A stretch of 64,000 nt of DNA from Planctomycetota bacterium (GTDB lineage Bacteria; Planctomycetota; GCA-002687715; CAIWVZ01): NCBI GenBank assembly GCA_044222185.1, contig JBGANV010000001.1:1632001-1696000 (forward strand), given 5' to 3'. Numbering within the stretch: the first letter of the stretch is position 1; each line of letters begins with the position of its first letter. The translations under genes were made by a program, and so were the position numbers. The notes under the pieces are model-generated. The model was not told where the DNA came from and ran no database searches. It saw only the letters and a list, made by a program, of their open reading frames with translations. Below are positions 27,966-38,906 of the stretch, in pieces.

Positions 27966-29722
27966 GGCGCGGCAGTCCGCCAGCCGCCGAGTCACCATTG
28001 GGCGCCACGCCGACGGCAGAGGTTCCCCCGCGCCGTATTCCGTGGGAGGCCGCCGGCCTCGCGCTGGTCGCGATCCTCTCGATCACCCCGGTCGTCTCGG
28101 ACGACGTGTGGATCTACCTCAAGACGGGCGAGCTCACGCTCGCGAGCGGACGCATCCTGTCGACCGACGACTTCTCGTTCACGCTCACCGGCGCACGCTG
28201 GGTGAATCACGAGTGGCTCGCGAACCTCGTCTTCTTCGGCGCGCACCAGGTCGGAGGTCCCTGGGGCCTGATCGCGCTGCGCTGCGCGCTGCTCCTCGCC
28301 ATGGCAGGCTTGCTCCTGCGCATGGCCCGCCGGGCGGGCACGCCGGCCCCGATCGCTGCGCTGCTTCTCGCGGCGACGGCGTTCGCCATGAGCGATCGCT
28401 TCATCGACCGCGCGCACCTCTTCAACTTCGTCGCCGTCGCGGCGTACGTCGATGCGCTACTCGGCATTCGGGACGGCGTCCGCACGCCGCGATGGCGGCT
28501 TCCGCTGATCCAGCTCGTCTGGGTGAACCTCCACTCGGGGGCCGTACTCGGACCGATCCTCGTCGGGCTCGCCCTGGCGGCGGCGGCCATGCGTGCGCTC
28601 GTCGGACGACGTCCGGTCCGCGCGGACCCGCAGGTGCGGCGGCTGGTCGTGGAACTCGCAGCCGTCGTCCTCGCATCGCTCGCGAACCCCTATTTCGCGG
28701 ATTCGCTCCTCTATCCGCTCCAGCAGGCCGGGTTCGATCTCTACCGCAAGCACGTTTACGAGTGGATGCCGATCTCGGCGCCCGCCTACGCCGGGTCCTG
28801 GATGCAGATCCTCTTCTGGACGTGCGTCGTCGCCGTCGCGTTCGTGATCGCGCTCCCCAGGCGGTTCCGCGCGGAGGAGGTCCTCTTCGCCGGCCTGTTC
28901 TTCACCATGGCGCTGTCGGCCGCGCGCTTCACGGCGAAGTTCGAGCTCGTCGCATTCCCGCTCATCGCCGCGCGATTGCGCGACGCGGTCGTGAGTCGAC
29001 TCGCGCGCATCGCGATCGGCGGCGTGATGCTTGCGGGAGCCTTCGGGTTGATCTTCGCCGGAAACCCGATCCGCGGCCCCATCCGTACGTTCGGCGGAGG
29101 CGTCGACATGCACGTCTACCCCGAGGGCGCGTGCAGGATCCTCGAAAACTCGCCCGCTCCGGTGCGCCTGTTCAACCAGTACGACATGGGGTCGTACCTC
29201 ATCTGGCGGCTCCATCCCCGAGTGCGCGTGTTCATCGACGGAAGGAATCAGGTCTATCCGGAAGCGTTCTATGCACGCTATCTCGCCTCCAACGACGCGC
29301 CGCAGAACTTCGCGGCGCTCGAACGGGAGTTCGGCCTCGATGCCGTGCTCCTCTACAACGAGCCCGGCGCGAACATCCCCGCGTTCCTCACGGCCCGCCC
29401 GGACTGGAAGCTCGTGTGGTTCGACGACTCCTCGGTCCTGTTCTTGAAGGATCGGCCCGACCGCGAGGAGGTACTGGCGTCACATACCTACCGGTTGTAT
29501 TCGCCCATCGTGGGCGCGCCGGGCAACAACGTCGCGAACGCCCTCGGTGCGGACCCGGCGCTGTTCATCCGCGAGCTCGAGCGCGCCGCGAGCGAAGCGC
29601 CCTTCGCCATCCGCCCGCGAAAGATCCTCGCCCACGCGTTGCGAGCCCGCGGCCGGGCCGAGGACGCGGCGCGAGTGGAAAACGAGATCCACGTGCTCGA
29701 AACCCGATTCCGCACGGGATGA
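27962..29722 (+). CDS. polytopic membrane protein, putative GT-C fold glycosyltransferase
   Basis: GTGA overlap; DDVWIYLKTG, WVNHEWL, WVNLHSG, NPY, EW.P, GSYLIW, FIDGR; about 10 TM helices. Confidence 0.65.
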   Translation: MRRGSPPAAESPLGATPTAEVPPRRIPWEAAGLALVAILSITPVVSDDVWIYLKTGELTLASGRILSTDDFSFTLTGARWVNHEWLANLVFFGAHQVGGPWGLIALRCALLLAMAGLLLRMARRAGTPAPIAALLLAATAFAMSDRFIDRAHLFNFVAVAAYVDALLGIRDGVRTPRWRLPLIQLVWVNLHSGAVLGPILVGLALAAAAMRALVGRRPVRADPQVRRLVVELAAVVLASLANPYFADSLLYPLQQAGFDLYRKHVYEWMPISAPAYAGSWMQILFWTCVVAVAFVIALPRRFRAEEVLFAGLFFTMALSAARFTAKFELVAFPLIAARLRDAVVSRLARIAIGGVMLAGAFGLIFAGNPIRGPIRTFGGGVDMHVYPEGACRILENSPAPVRLFNQYDMGSYLIWRLHPRVRVFIDGRNQVYPEAFYARYLASNDAPQNFAALEREFGLDAVLLYNEPGANIPAFLTARPDWKLVWFDDSSVLFLKDRPDREEVLASHTYRLYSPIVGAPGNNVANALGADPALFIRELERAASEAPFAIRPRKILAHALRARGRAEDAARVENEIHVLETRFRTG

Positions 29723-29729
29723 CGCCGAC

Positions 29730-30068
29730 ATGAAGTTCAAACACCAGGAGGACGGAGACACGACGAGCGTCAGCCTCGTGGGACTCATCGACGTCGAGGG
29801 CTGCACCTGCCTCGCGAACTTCTTCGAGGCTCGGGTCGCGGGAGCCACCCGGCTCGACCTCGATCTGGGACGCGCCGATCTCTCTGCACCCGGCGCCGTC
29901 GACGTCCTGGCGGACCTGCTCGCGCGGGCCGTCCACGAGGGGACGCGGGTCATCGTCAGGAACTCGCCACCAACCCTCACGCGCGAGCTCGGGCGCCGCG
30001 AAGTCGACCGGACCGGGTACCTCGCGTTCGGTGAAACGGCGCCGGACGGTTCGTCACGGGACGTGTGA
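29730..30068 (+). CDS. STAS domain protein
   Basis: VSLVGLID, LDLDLGRADLSAPGAVDVL pattern. Confidence 0.65.
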   Translation: MKFKHQEDGDTTSVSLVGLIDVEGCTCLANFFEARVAGATRLDLDLGRADLSAPGAVDVLADLLARAVHEGTRVIVRNSPPTLTRELGRREVDRTGYLAFGETAPDGSSRDV

Positions 30069-30102
30069 CCCGGCGACACGCCGAACGTCCGGTCGCCGAC
30101 GC

Positions 30103-31326
30103 ATGAAGCCCAAAGCACCGAGGTCGCACTCCATCCACTGGATCCGTTCCGTGGCCGCCTTCGCGGTGACGCTCGCCGTGTCGGCCCACCCGATTCCCGC
30201 TCAAACCGTGATCTTCTCCGACGCGTTCACGACGGGTGCGACCGGCTGGGCCATGCTCAACCAGAACAACGGACTTTGGCACTATGCGCCGACCGGGTCC
30301 TGCGGTGCCCTCACTCCACTCGTCGCCTACAACGCAGGAACGACGAGCTGCAACTACTCGACGGGCGCGGGGATCTCGAACTCCGGCGATCTCGTCTCGC
30401 CGTTCATCCCGCTCATCGGGACGCCCCCGTACACGCTCACCTACCTCTCGAAGCGCATGCTCGACTCGGCAGGCGGCGACTCGACGGTCGTCGCCGTGCG
30501 GCCCGCAGGCAGCACGGTCTGGACGAACGTCGGCACGCCAGCCGGCAACGTCGGTGCGACGCAACTGGAAACACACACGATTCCGCCGGGCTTCCAGGGC
30601 CAATCGATTCAGCTCGGATTCCGGTTCTCTGCCAACGGCACCGACAACTCCACGCTCGGATGGATGGTCGACTCGGTGAGCCTGACGAGCGCCGGGGCTC
30701 CGCCCCCGCCCACCGTCGCGACCATCGCACCCAATCACGGGCCGACGACGGGGCTCGGCGGCGTGACCATCTCAGGGACGAACTTCCTGGGGACCACATC
30801 GGTGGTCTTCGGGAGTGTCCCGGCGACCACGTTCACGGTCGTCAGCCAGACGTCCCTCGTCGTTACGGCTCCGCCCCAATCCGCGGGGTGGGTGAACGTG
30901 ACCGTCAACTCCGTCGGCGGAACCGGTGCGCTCGCGCAGGCTTTCGATTACTTCGTCAGCCCCACGACCTTCGGAGCCTCGTGCAACGGCGCGAACCTCG
31001 TGGCGTTTGGATCACCGACGCTCGGATCGAGCCTGACGATCCAGATCCAGAGCGGGGCGAACTCCGGACACGCCCTTTGCGTGGGGTTCTCCAACACCGC
31101 GTACGGCGCGACGCCGCTGCCCTGGTCGCTCACGCCGTTCGGATTCGTCGGGTGCTTTCTCCGCGTGTCCCCGGACCTCCTCCTCGATCTGGGGCCGAAC
31201 GCCTCCGTCCAATTCACCGTGCCGAACCTGCCGTCCCTCGTCGGGCTTCACCAGTACGTGCAGGGCGTGGCCCTCACCGCGATCACGAGCTTCACTCCCG
31301 GACTGGACGTTCTGATCGGCCCCTGA
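30103..31326 (+). CDS. exported IPT/TIG domain protein with beta-rich C-terminal domain
   Basis: Signal peptide IPA-Q; jelly-roll-like region ending GWMVDSV; IPT PTVATIAPNHGPTTG...VTISGTNF...VVFG. Confidence 0.8.
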   Translation: MKPKAPRSHSIHWIRSVAAFAVTLAVSAHPIPAQTVIFSDAFTTGATGWAMLNQNNGLWHYAPTGSCGALTPLVAYNAGTTSCNYSTGAGISNSGDLVSPFIPLIGTPPYTLTYLSKRMLDSAGGDSTVVAVRPAGSTVWTNVGTPAGNVGATQLETHTIPPGFQGQSIQLGFRFSANGTDNSTLGWMVDSVSLTSAGAPPPPTVATIAPNHGPTTGLGGVTISGTNFLGTTSVVFGSVPATTFTVVSQTSLVVTAPPQSAGWVNVTVNSVGGTGALAQAFDYFVSPTTFGASCNGANLVAFGSPTLGSSLTIQIQSGANSGHALCVGFSNTAYGATPLPWSLTPFGFVGCFLRVSPDLLLDLGPNASVQFTVPNLPSLVGLHQYVQGVALTAITSFTPGLDVLIGP

Positions 31327-31340
31327 ATCGCGCGCCGACC

Positions 31341-32777
31341 TCAGAACCAGAACGACAACGTGAGGAAGACGGAGTCGACGGCGAACGATTGGTGCGATCC
31401 GTCCAGATCGCTGGAGACGAGGCTCTGATCCACGTGGATCGATCGCTCGAACGTGTGCTGCCACGCCAGGTCGACGGACCAATCCTGCTCGCGATACCCG
31501 ATGCCGGCAGCAGCCTGGAAACGTGAGTAGGCCGGAGCGTTCGGGTTGGCGCTCGCGTCGGTGACCGCGGCGGTCTGTGCGAGTCCCCCGATCCGCGCCG
31601 TCCAGCCGGGCTGGAACTCCCACTCCGCGCCCAGCGACACCGTCACCTGATCGCGCCAATCGAAGGCCTCGACCACGCGCAGGTGATCGGCACCGACGAA
31701 CGCGTTGAAACCCGGGTTGTCGCCGTTGCGCAGGTCGAGGACGAAGGCGTCATGGGTCGCCGACCAGTTCGTCCATCGGACTTCGGCCGACAAGCGCACG
31801 TCCTCCGCAGGACGCCACGCGGCCCCGAAGGCGACGGATTGCGGGTAGCCAAAGCCCTGGACGTGACCGTCGTAATGGATGAGATACCCGTCGGGGAACG
31901 TGATGGGGTCCGGCTCTCCGAAGATCCGCGTGATGTCGACCGTGACTTCGCCCCGGTAGTCCTGCCTGAACGCGGGCGATCGCCAGGCGAGGCCGAAGCT
32001 CCAATCCGCGCTTGGCCGGTACATCCATCCGAGCGTGGTGCCCAATCCCAGTGCCGTTCCCGATTCGAAGTGCCCTTCGATCCGCACGTCGTCGATGCCG
32101 AACTGCTGGTGGAGCAACACGCCCCAGGGGGTTCCGAGCGGACTCGCGCCCTGGAATGTCAGGACGGGAATCTCCAGTGGCTCGAGATCGTCGAGCGTGG
32201 ACTCGGTCACCGAGATCGTCGCCCCGAACGACATCTCACGCGACACCTGCCACGCCGCGCCAAAATGGACGCCAGTGTAGAGGTAGTCGACCATGCGATG
32301 CGTGGAGATGGGCTCCACGAAGTCCTGAGTGTGGAGTTCGAGGTCGCTGCGGAAGCCCGCGATGTGTTGCAGCCCCAGCCCGAAACGGATGTCGTCGGGT
32401 TCGCCGGCGTCGCCGGGTGACGGGTCCCACGCGAGGCTCACGTAGGGCGCGGCGACGAAGCGCTCGTCCTCAACCCCCTGGGGATTGAAGTCGTCTTCGT
32501 AGCCGGAGCGCAACCAGAAGCCGCGCCCAGTGATGTCGAAGCGCCACGCATTCGCGATGCGCGTGAGCCCGGCGGGGTTGCTCAACAGCGCCGAGAGGTC
32601 CTCCGCGATCGCGACGTCGACGCCCCCGCGACCGGCCGCGCGCGCATCGGTTGCAACGAAGTCAGCGGCGCGCTGGCCGTGGCAGGCGACGGCGACGAAG
32701 GCGAGCACGACCACGACATCGAGGGTTCGCCTCCCGCGCTCGGGCGCGCGTGCGCCGCCCACGGACGAGCGCGTCAC
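31341..32777 (-). CDS. FadL/OmpP1/TodX family outer-membrane channel
   Basis: DARAAGRGG...EDLSALLSNPAGL hatch motif, beta-barrel strands, C-terminal Phe; GTGA coupled to the kelch gene. Confidence 0.88.
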   Translation of the reverse strand: MTRSSVGGARAPERGRRTLDVVVVLAFVAVACHGQRAADFVATDARAAGRGGVDVAIAEDLSALLSNPAGLTRIANAWRFDITGRGFWLRSGYEDDFNPQGVEDERFVAAPYVSLAWDPSPGDAGEPDDIRFGLGLQHIAGFRSDLELHTQDFVEPISTHRMVDYLYTGVHFGAAWQVSREMSFGATISVTESTLDDLEPLEIPVLTFQGASPLGTPWGVLLHQQFGIDDVRIEGHFESGTALGLGTTLGWMYRPSADWSFGLAWRSPAFRQDYRGEVTVDITRIFGEPDPITFPDGYLIHYDGHVQGFGYPQSVAFGAAWRPAEDVRLSAEVRWTNWSATHDAFVLDLRNGDNPGFNAFVGADHLRVVEAFDWRDQVTVSLGAEWEFQPGWTARIGGLAQTAAVTDASANPNAPAYSRFQAAAGIGYREQDWSVDLAWQHTFERSIHVDQSLVSSDLDGSHQSFAVDSVFLTLSFWF

Positions 32778-34342
32778 GGCGTCGGGGTCCAGATCTCCGC
32801 ATTCGTGAGCGCGGCACCCTGGTTCGCGGTCCCGCCGCCACCGATCAGGATCACACCCTCCGGCGTGTAGTCGGCCGTGTGCGCCTGTCGCGCCAACGGC
32901 ATGGGGTTCAGAAGCGTGAATCCGGTGGCAGCCGTGTACCGGTATGCGTTGGCGACGGCAGTGAAATTCCCCACGGCACCCACGGCACCGCCGCTGATGT
33001 AGATCGAGCCGTCCGGCATCGTGACGGATGCCTGCAGGGCGAGCGTCACGCCCCCCGGCAACGCGGGGCCGGCCGTCCAGGTGTTGGACACCTCGTTGTA
33101 GATCTCCGTCGAGCCGGTGGTCGCAACCAGCGTCCCGCCCGCGCCGCCGACCGCCAAAACCGTGCCATCTGGCCGGAGGTTAAGGGTGTGGGCAATGCGC
33201 GAGACGGCCATGTTCGGGATCGAGATGAACGCGTTCGTGGCCGGGTCGTAGAGGTCGCACGTCGTCGCGTACTGCGGGATTCCGACTCCAAAGAGGCTGG
33301 TGCCGCCGCGGACGCCGCCGCACAAGAGGACGCGACCGCTGTTGAGCTTGATCGCCGCATGGCCGAAGCGCTTCGACGACATGATGTTCGCGACGTTCGT
33401 GAACGTGTTCGTCGCGGGGTCGAAGACCTGCGCCGTGTCCTGCGCGGCCTGGAAGATCGGAAGGTAGTTCGTCGATCCCGGCGGGTTCACGGTGAACGAG
33501 CTGGCACCGCCAGCGATCAGGATGCGGCCGTTGTTGAGCATCGTCGCCGTGTGACCGATGCGGGTCGTGTTCATCGTCGGGCCGGGATTCCACGTGCTCG
33601 TCGCCGCATCGTAGAGCTCGGTCGTCGCGAGGCCCGGCCCACCGGTGAGTGATCCGCCGGTCGTCAGCACACGCCCGTCCTGGAGCGTGGTGACCGTGTG
33701 GAGCGTTCGCGGGGTCGACATGGCCGTGTCGGGCGTGAACGTGCGCAGATAGGGGTTGTACCGCTCGCAGTTTGCCGAGGAGATCGGCCCGAGCAGAGCG
33801 CCGGAGCCGCCGCCCACGATGAGGTAGCCACCGTTGGGGAGTATGGCGGTCTTTTGGAAGGCTCGTGCCTCGGTCATCGCTCCGAACGCCCCGTGGTAGG
33901 AGTCCAGGGTGCCCAGTTGGATCGAGCGGGCGTTGCTCAGTGCGAAGCCTGCGCCGGCGGTGGCGACGACCTGCGAGTAGACGGTCAGCCCGTCCAGCCC
34001 AGGCACGCCGGGAATCGCCAGCGGAAACGAAGCCTGGCCACTGCCCGGCATCGGCGGAATTCCGGCCGCGAAGCCGTCGAGGAGGAAGAAGAGCCCGGGC
34101 GTGAGCCCGAGCCAAACCGTGCCGACGCCTGGCACGGGGACCTGCCCCGGCAGACCGTCGACGGCGACGGCATAGAGTGCGCCAGGGGTCGCGCCGATGG
34201 TCAACGTGAGCGTTCCACCGAGCTTCGCGGGTGTCGTAAGGAGTGTGGCCGGGCCCTGCGAACCGAGGCCCGCTTGAGCGAGAGCCGCCCCGCAGAGGAC
34301 GACGAACGCGACCAGGTTGCGGATGCGTGAGTGGCAGATCAT
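32774..34342 (-). CDS. exported kelch-repeat protein
   Basis: Signal peptide ALA-Q; about 7 repeats of M...R..HT...L.DG.VL..GG......E.Y. Confidence 0.9.
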   Translation of the reverse strand: MICHSRIRNLVAFVVLCGAALAQAGLGSQGPATLLTTPAKLGGTLTLTIGATPGALYAVAVDGLPGQVPVPGVGTVWLGLTPGLFFLLDGFAAGIPPMPGSGQASFPLAIPGVPGLDGLTVYSQVVATAGAGFALSNARSIQLGTLDSYHGAFGAMTEARAFQKTAILPNGGYLIVGGGSGALLGPISSANCERYNPYLRTFTPDTAMSTPRTLHTVTTLQDGRVLTTGGSLTGGPGLATTELYDAATSTWNPGPTMNTTRIGHTATMLNNGRILIAGGASSFTVNPPGSTNYLPIFQAAQDTAQVFDPATNTFTNVANIMSSKRFGHAAIKLNSGRVLLCGGVRGGTSLFGVGIPQYATTCDLYDPATNAFISIPNMAVSRIAHTLNLRPDGTVLAVGGAGGTLVATTGSTEIYNEVSNTWTAGPALPGGVTLALQASVTMPDGSIYISGGAVGAVGNFTAVANAYRYTAATGFTLLNPMPLARQAHTADYTPEGVILIGGGGTANQGAALTNAEIWTPTP

Positions 34343-34385
34343 GGAATCACCTCAGGAAGGGCGCCGGTGCGGCGCGAAGGCGGCA

Positions 34386-34437
34386 GTATACAAGCGCCAC
34401 CCCACGACGTCGCGTCGCGGACGATCGCAGCTACGAT
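34386..34437. promoter_or_regulatory. divergent -10 hexamers for the kelch-FadL operon and the nucleotidase gene
   Basis: TATACT on minus strand (34391-34386); TACGAT on plus strand (34432-34437), 7 nt before ATG 34445. Confidence 0.4.
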
Positions 34438-34444
34438 CCTCGCC

Positions 34445-36946
34445 ATGTCAGCCAACGCACTCGCCCCGGTTTTTGCCCGCACGGTCGCGGTCGCCATCGT
34501 CTCGTTGGCGGCGATCGGACTCACCAGTTGTGGTCGGAATGACGTCCGCCAGACGCACTCTCTGCCGACGATCGATCTGGGCGGGCCGCCCGCCGGTGCG
34601 CACTACGACCTCACGCTCCTCTTCACCAACGACATCCATGCGCAGGTGGTGCCATTCGGCAACCCGTCGAAGGGCGGCCTCGCGCGTCACGCCAGATTGA
34701 TGAGCTGGATCCGCGACGAGGCGGCCGCGCGGAACACGGGCATCCTCGCGCTGAACGCGGGGGACAATTTCGAAGGGTCATTGTTCTACGACGCGGACGG
34801 TGGTGCGTTCGTCTTCCGACTGCTGGATCGGCTGGGATACGACGTGTGCCAGGTGGGAAACCACGACCACCAGTTCGGCTCGCAGCGGTTGTACGACGTG
34901 CTCGCGACGGCGTTCCCCGGGTTCGATCAGCACATGCGAATCACCTTCGGCAACGTGAATCCGTCCACGCTCGACACGACCGGCACGCTGCCGCAGGTTC
35001 CGGTCGCACCGGAGGTGGTCGGGGCGTTCGAGAACGGATTCGCCGACGTCACGCCCGGCAACCTCGATCGCACCCGGATGGACGCACCATTCGCAAACGG
35101 CTTCGTCTTCAATCAGAGCCTGTTCTTCGAGCGCAACGGGATCCGCATCGGAGTCTTCGGCGTCGATACGGACGAGGTCCTCTACACCGGCGTCCCCGGG
35201 CCGGGGACGCTCTTCCCCGACCCGAGTCAGACCAGCGAGTTCCTCACGTTCTATGACGCACTCGCGGCTCCCTACGCGTCCCAGATGATCGCCTACCTCG
35301 ACGACCCGGACGGCGATCCCCAGACCGACGACGGCGCGGACGTCATCGTCTGCGTCTCGCACCTGGGGACCGACGTCGAACTGCAACTTGCCGCGCAGGC
35401 GGTCGCACCCAACGGGCGGACGATCGACGTCGTCGTGGGCGGACACTCGCACACACGCCTGAACACCGCGGTTCCGGTGACGCACTCGAACGGCAAGACG
35501 ACCTTCGTCGTCCAGTCCGGGTCGCGCGGCGAATACCTCGGTCGCATCGACCTCGCCGTGGATCCCCCGACGAACGGCGTCACGCTCGTGAATTGCAAGC
35601 TCATCGAAGTCGACGATCGGATCCCCGAGGATCAAGCCCTGAGCGACGCCATCGCCGCCGAGGCCGCACGTCCGGGCGGACTGAACGCGCAATTCGCGGA
35701 TCCGCTCCACGCGACGCTGTGTGACTGCGACGTGCACCTCCCAGGCGACATCAGCGCGCCGAACGCGCTCGGCAACCTGGCGGCAGACGCGGCCCTCGCC
35801 GCCGCTCAACCGCAGGGCGCCGACATGGCGCTGATCGGGAGTTTCGTGTTCCGCGCCGACGTCGCCGCCGGCCCGGTCACCCGTGCCGCTGCGGCGGAGG
35901 TGTTCCCGCTGCACACGCTGGACCGGAGCGGCCTCAACCGCGACAGCCTTCACCTCGTCGACTTCGCGGGAGGGTTCGTCGTCGCACCGAATCTCGCGGC
36001 GCTCTTCGATCCCAACCAGACGCCTGCGACCTTCACGAACATCACGCGAATCGAGTACTTCCTCGAGATCGTCTACTCGCTCCAGGGGTTCCTCAACGTG
36101 CTCGCACCGGTGTTCGGCCCGAACATCGGGACGATCGAGCCGTTCATCAGCGGGCTCCAATGGAGCGGAATCGAGTTCGTCGTCGATCAGGAAGCACCGC
36201 TCTTCCAGCGCATCGACACGGCGTCCATCCGCATCGCTGGCGTTCCCCTCGTCGGGCACGAGACGCTTCCCCACCGCATCGCGATGAACTCCGTCCTTGC
36301 AGAGATCGCCATGCCATTCATCGGGTTCGCCGCGACCGTGGAGAGTCCTCCGGGGTCGGGACTCTCCGAGCCCCTGCTCGACTACGACCCCAACTCGGCC
36401 GAGACGGGGATCAGCCTGGCGAACGCCCTATCCACGCGACTCTCGGCCCTCGGACGGATCACCGCAGCGAACTCGGCGATCGGCGGCGATCGCGTTCGCC
36501 CCCGCGGACCGGACCTCTTCTTCGATCCGGGCGCCGCCGTTCTGACGCCGCCGTCGGTGCCGGCCGGTTACGCCGTTTCGGTGACGCTGCCGGTCCGCAA
36601 CGCGGGAGACACCGGGGTCGCCGGGGCGACGCTGGAGCTTCTGCTCGACCTCACGCCCAACTCGGGTACCGACGATCCCGACGGTTACACCGATGGCATC
36701 ACCGGCGTCAGCGAAAACGTCGTCGCATCGGTTCCGGTCGGTAGCGTTGCACCGTTCGCCGGTGGAATGGCGGGCACGACTCTCGTCACTGCCCGCATCG
36801 TCATCCCGTCGCTGATCCCCCCGGGCAGCTACCGGATCCGCCCACGGATCCGGGATGTGGTGTCGAGCGACGCCGCCCACCCGGAACGTGTCACGGCGAA
36901 CAACTTTTCAAACAGCCTCTTCGTGACGCTCTGGGTCTCGCCGTAG
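34445..36946 (+). CDS. 5'-nucleotidase-like metallophosphoesterase lipoprotein with C-terminal CARDB/Ig domain
   Basis: Lipobox LTSC; NDIH, AGDNF, GNHD, VSHLG, GGHSH; NALGNLAADA C-domain; VRNAGDTG...ERVTANN CARDB. Confidence 0.88.
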   Translation: MSANALAPVFARTVAVAIVSLAAIGLTSCGRNDVRQTHSLPTIDLGGPPAGAHYDLTLLFTNDIHAQVVPFGNPSKGGLARHARLMSWIRDEAAARNTGILALNAGDNFEGSLFYDADGGAFVFRLLDRLGYDVCQVGNHDHQFGSQRLYDVLATAFPGFDQHMRITFGNVNPSTLDTTGTLPQVPVAPEVVGAFENGFADVTPGNLDRTRMDAPFANGFVFNQSLFFERNGIRIGVFGVDTDEVLYTGVPGPGTLFPDPSQTSEFLTFYDALAAPYASQMIAYLDDPDGDPQTDDGADVIVCVSHLGTDVELQLAAQAVAPNGRTIDVVVGGHSHTRLNTAVPVTHSNGKTTFVVQSGSRGEYLGRIDLAVDPPTNGVTLVNCKLIEVDDRIPEDQALSDAIAAEAARPGGLNAQFADPLHATLCDCDVHLPGDISAPNALGNLAADAALAAAQPQGADMALIGSFVFRADVAAGPVTRAAAAEVFPLHTLDRSGLNRDSLHLVDFAGGFVVAPNLAALFDPNQTPATFTNITRIEYFLEIVYSLQGFLNVLAPVFGPNIGTIEPFISGLQWSGIEFVVDQEAPLFQRIDTASIRIAGVPLVGHETLPHRIAMNSVLAEIAMPFIGFAATVESPPGSGLSEPLLDYDPNSAETGISLANALSTRLSALGRITAANSAIGGDRVRPRGPDLFFDPGAAVLTPPSVPAGYAVSVTLPVRNAGDTGVAGATLELLLDLTPNSGTDDPDGYTDGITGVSENVVASVPVGSVAPFAGGMAGTTLVTARIVIPSLIPPGSYRIRPRIRDVVSSDAAHPERVTANNFSNSLFVTLWVSP

Positions 36947-37287
36947 CGCGCCACGGCGCAGGAGAACGACCAGCGCTGGAGACTCAGCCTCGTGCGCCGA
37001 CGAGCGACCCACCCTCGGCGGGCGCGGTGGGACCAGCCGCCAGCCACGGATACGCCGACCGCCCGGAGCGCCACGCGACCTGTCCGTGCCGCCTGAGCGA
37101 AGTCGTCCGCAAGTCACGACGTCGCATTGCGAAGCTGCAGGCCACCATGGAAAAGGCGCGCTCGCGGACGCGCACCTCTCGCATGCGGAATGGTAGATTC
37201 CCGCCGCTCTCCGGGATGAGGTCCTACGACCCCGGGTTTGCCATTCGTGACCCTCGCGCCCCGAGAGCACTCAACACGGAGTCCTGA

Positions 37288-38505
37288 ATGTCCATCCGAT
37301 CATTGTTGATTCTCGCCGTCGCGTCGGTCTCGCTGGTCGCCCAGCAGGCCGGCACCGTCAACCGCAACTACACGGTCAACGCCAACGGTGCTCTGGCGAT
37401 CGACACGACGACCTGCACGCAGACGGTCGCCTATGACTCGGTTGCTGCGCCCGGCACGATGGCGAACGTCTATTCGACCCAGGACGCGAACACGCCAGTC
37501 GCCTGGCTTGCGAGCCCGAACTTCAGCCTTCCGGGGCTGCCCTTCGGACCGAACGAGGTGAACCTCGGCACGCCGGGCCTCGGCTTCGCCGACGTCTCGA
37601 TCCTCGCGGACGGCAGCGCGCCCGGGTTCATCAACTCGCTCTTCCGCACGGACAACCTCAGCGGCACGACGCACTCGTTCTCGATCTCGGTCCCGACGAA
37701 CATCACGCTCGTCGGCCAGATCCAGAATTTCTGCATGCTGCACTTCGCGGCTTCGTCACCCGTGGGCGTCTGGGTCTCGCAAGTTCACAACGTGGGCTTC
37801 GGGATCCCGAACGCGGCGCCCCAGAACCCGAACCCGAATGCGATCGATCCATTCCTCCAGGCTGGAACCGCGACGCCGAACGGAGCCTCGACGGCGCTCG
37901 TCGGCCCGGGCGACGACACCTCGACGCTGCAGGCCCTCGGAATGAGCTTCACGTTCTACGGAACGACGTACACCCAGCTGTGGGCCGGGTCCAACGGCTA
38001 CCTGACGGCGACGTCCTTCACGACGCTCACCGAATCGGCGGCCACGCTGGTCACCGCACCCGCCAAGATCGTCGCCTGGTGGGATGACCTGAACTTCAAC
38101 GCGACCGGCGCGGCCGGCAACGCCTCCCTGCGCTTCTACACGGACGGCGTGTCGACGTGCGAGTTCTCCTGGGTGTCCGTGCCCGAGTTCGCCACGACCT
38201 GGTCCGCCACGAACCAGAACAACTTCAAGATCACGCTCACGCAGGGCGCCGGCGGCGGCACGATCACGATGGACTACGGCCTCATGGCTTCCGTCGACGG
38301 CCTGGCCGGTCTCAGCGCTGGTACGGCGGCGTACTCGGGTCTCGCGGTCAACCTCACGCGGGGTGTCCCAGCATCCGCGAACCCGGTGTGCGCCAACCGC
38401 GACCCGTACGAGCTGTTCACGTCCGGTGCGGCTGGCAACGACCTCGGCGGGAAGCAGATCACCTGGATCCTCGACGGAACGGGCACTCCGATCGCCTGGT
38501 TCTGA
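37288..38505 (+). CDS. exported protein with NIDO-like domain (paralog 1)
   Basis: Signal peptide LVA-Q; GDD...LGMSFTFYG...GSNGYLT...WWDDL. Confidence 0.8.
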   Translation: MSIRSLLILAVASVSLVAQQAGTVNRNYTVNANGALAIDTTTCTQTVAYDSVAAPGTMANVYSTQDANTPVAWLASPNFSLPGLPFGPNEVNLGTPGLGFADVSILADGSAPGFINSLFRTDNLSGTTHSFSISVPTNITLVGQIQNFCMLHFAASSPVGVWVSQVHNVGFGIPNAAPQNPNPNAIDPFLQAGTATPNGASTALVGPGDDTSTLQALGMSFTFYGTTYTQLWAGSNGYLTATSFTTLTESAATLVTAPAKIVAWWDDLNFNATGAAGNASLRFYTDGVSTCEFSWVSVPEFATTWSATNQNNFKITLTQGAGGGTITMDYGLMASVDGLAGLSAGTAAYSGLAVNLTRGVPASANPVCANRDPYELFTSGAAGNDLGGKQITWILDGTGTPIAWF

Positions 38506-38542
38506 TCCGTGATCGCGCGCTCTGCGCGCAACGGACGACCGC

Positions 38543-38579
38543 GCACGGGCACGGCAAGAGGCCGTGCCCGTGTTCGTTT
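38543..38579 (+). terminator. intrinsic terminator after paralog 1
   Basis: 12-bp perfect stem CACGGGCACGGC/GCCGTGCCCGTG, loop AAGAG, followed by TTCGTTT. Confidence 0.75.
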
Positions 38580-38906
38580 GGGGCCGACGCCATCGATGAG
38601 AGCTGGCGAGCGCCACGATCGGCCGCGGGCTGCAGGCCGAATCAGCCGCAGCCAACGCCCCACGCAATCCCCTGCGTGACAGCGACTTGGGCCGACGAAC
38701 CCCGCCGGTCCATCGACGCCGCGGACACGAGATCGTCCAAAAACTCCCCCGCCAGATTCCGCAGTGGCATCCCGCGCCGCGCAACTCCTGAGCTGGTAAG
38801 CTCCGCGCCCAATCGCGGCGATCGCCTGCAATTCACGGCGCCCGCGTCTCCATTCAACCGACGCGTGAGCGCGCGTCGATGCCCCCATTACTGGAGTGCC
38901 TGAACC

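Noticed and set aside
36947-37287. Long intergenic regions (also 38580-38906 and 60140-60439) as ncRNA or CRISPR
   Set aside because: No regularly spaced repeats or recognisable RNA family motif by eye; an Infernal/Rfam scan is needed to exclude novel RNAs.
38660-38830. Loose [G/C]AAG(T/C)C...GACTT-like motifs in several intergenic regions as a shared operator
   Set aside because: The matches are too degenerate and the spacing too inconsistent to support without motif statistics.
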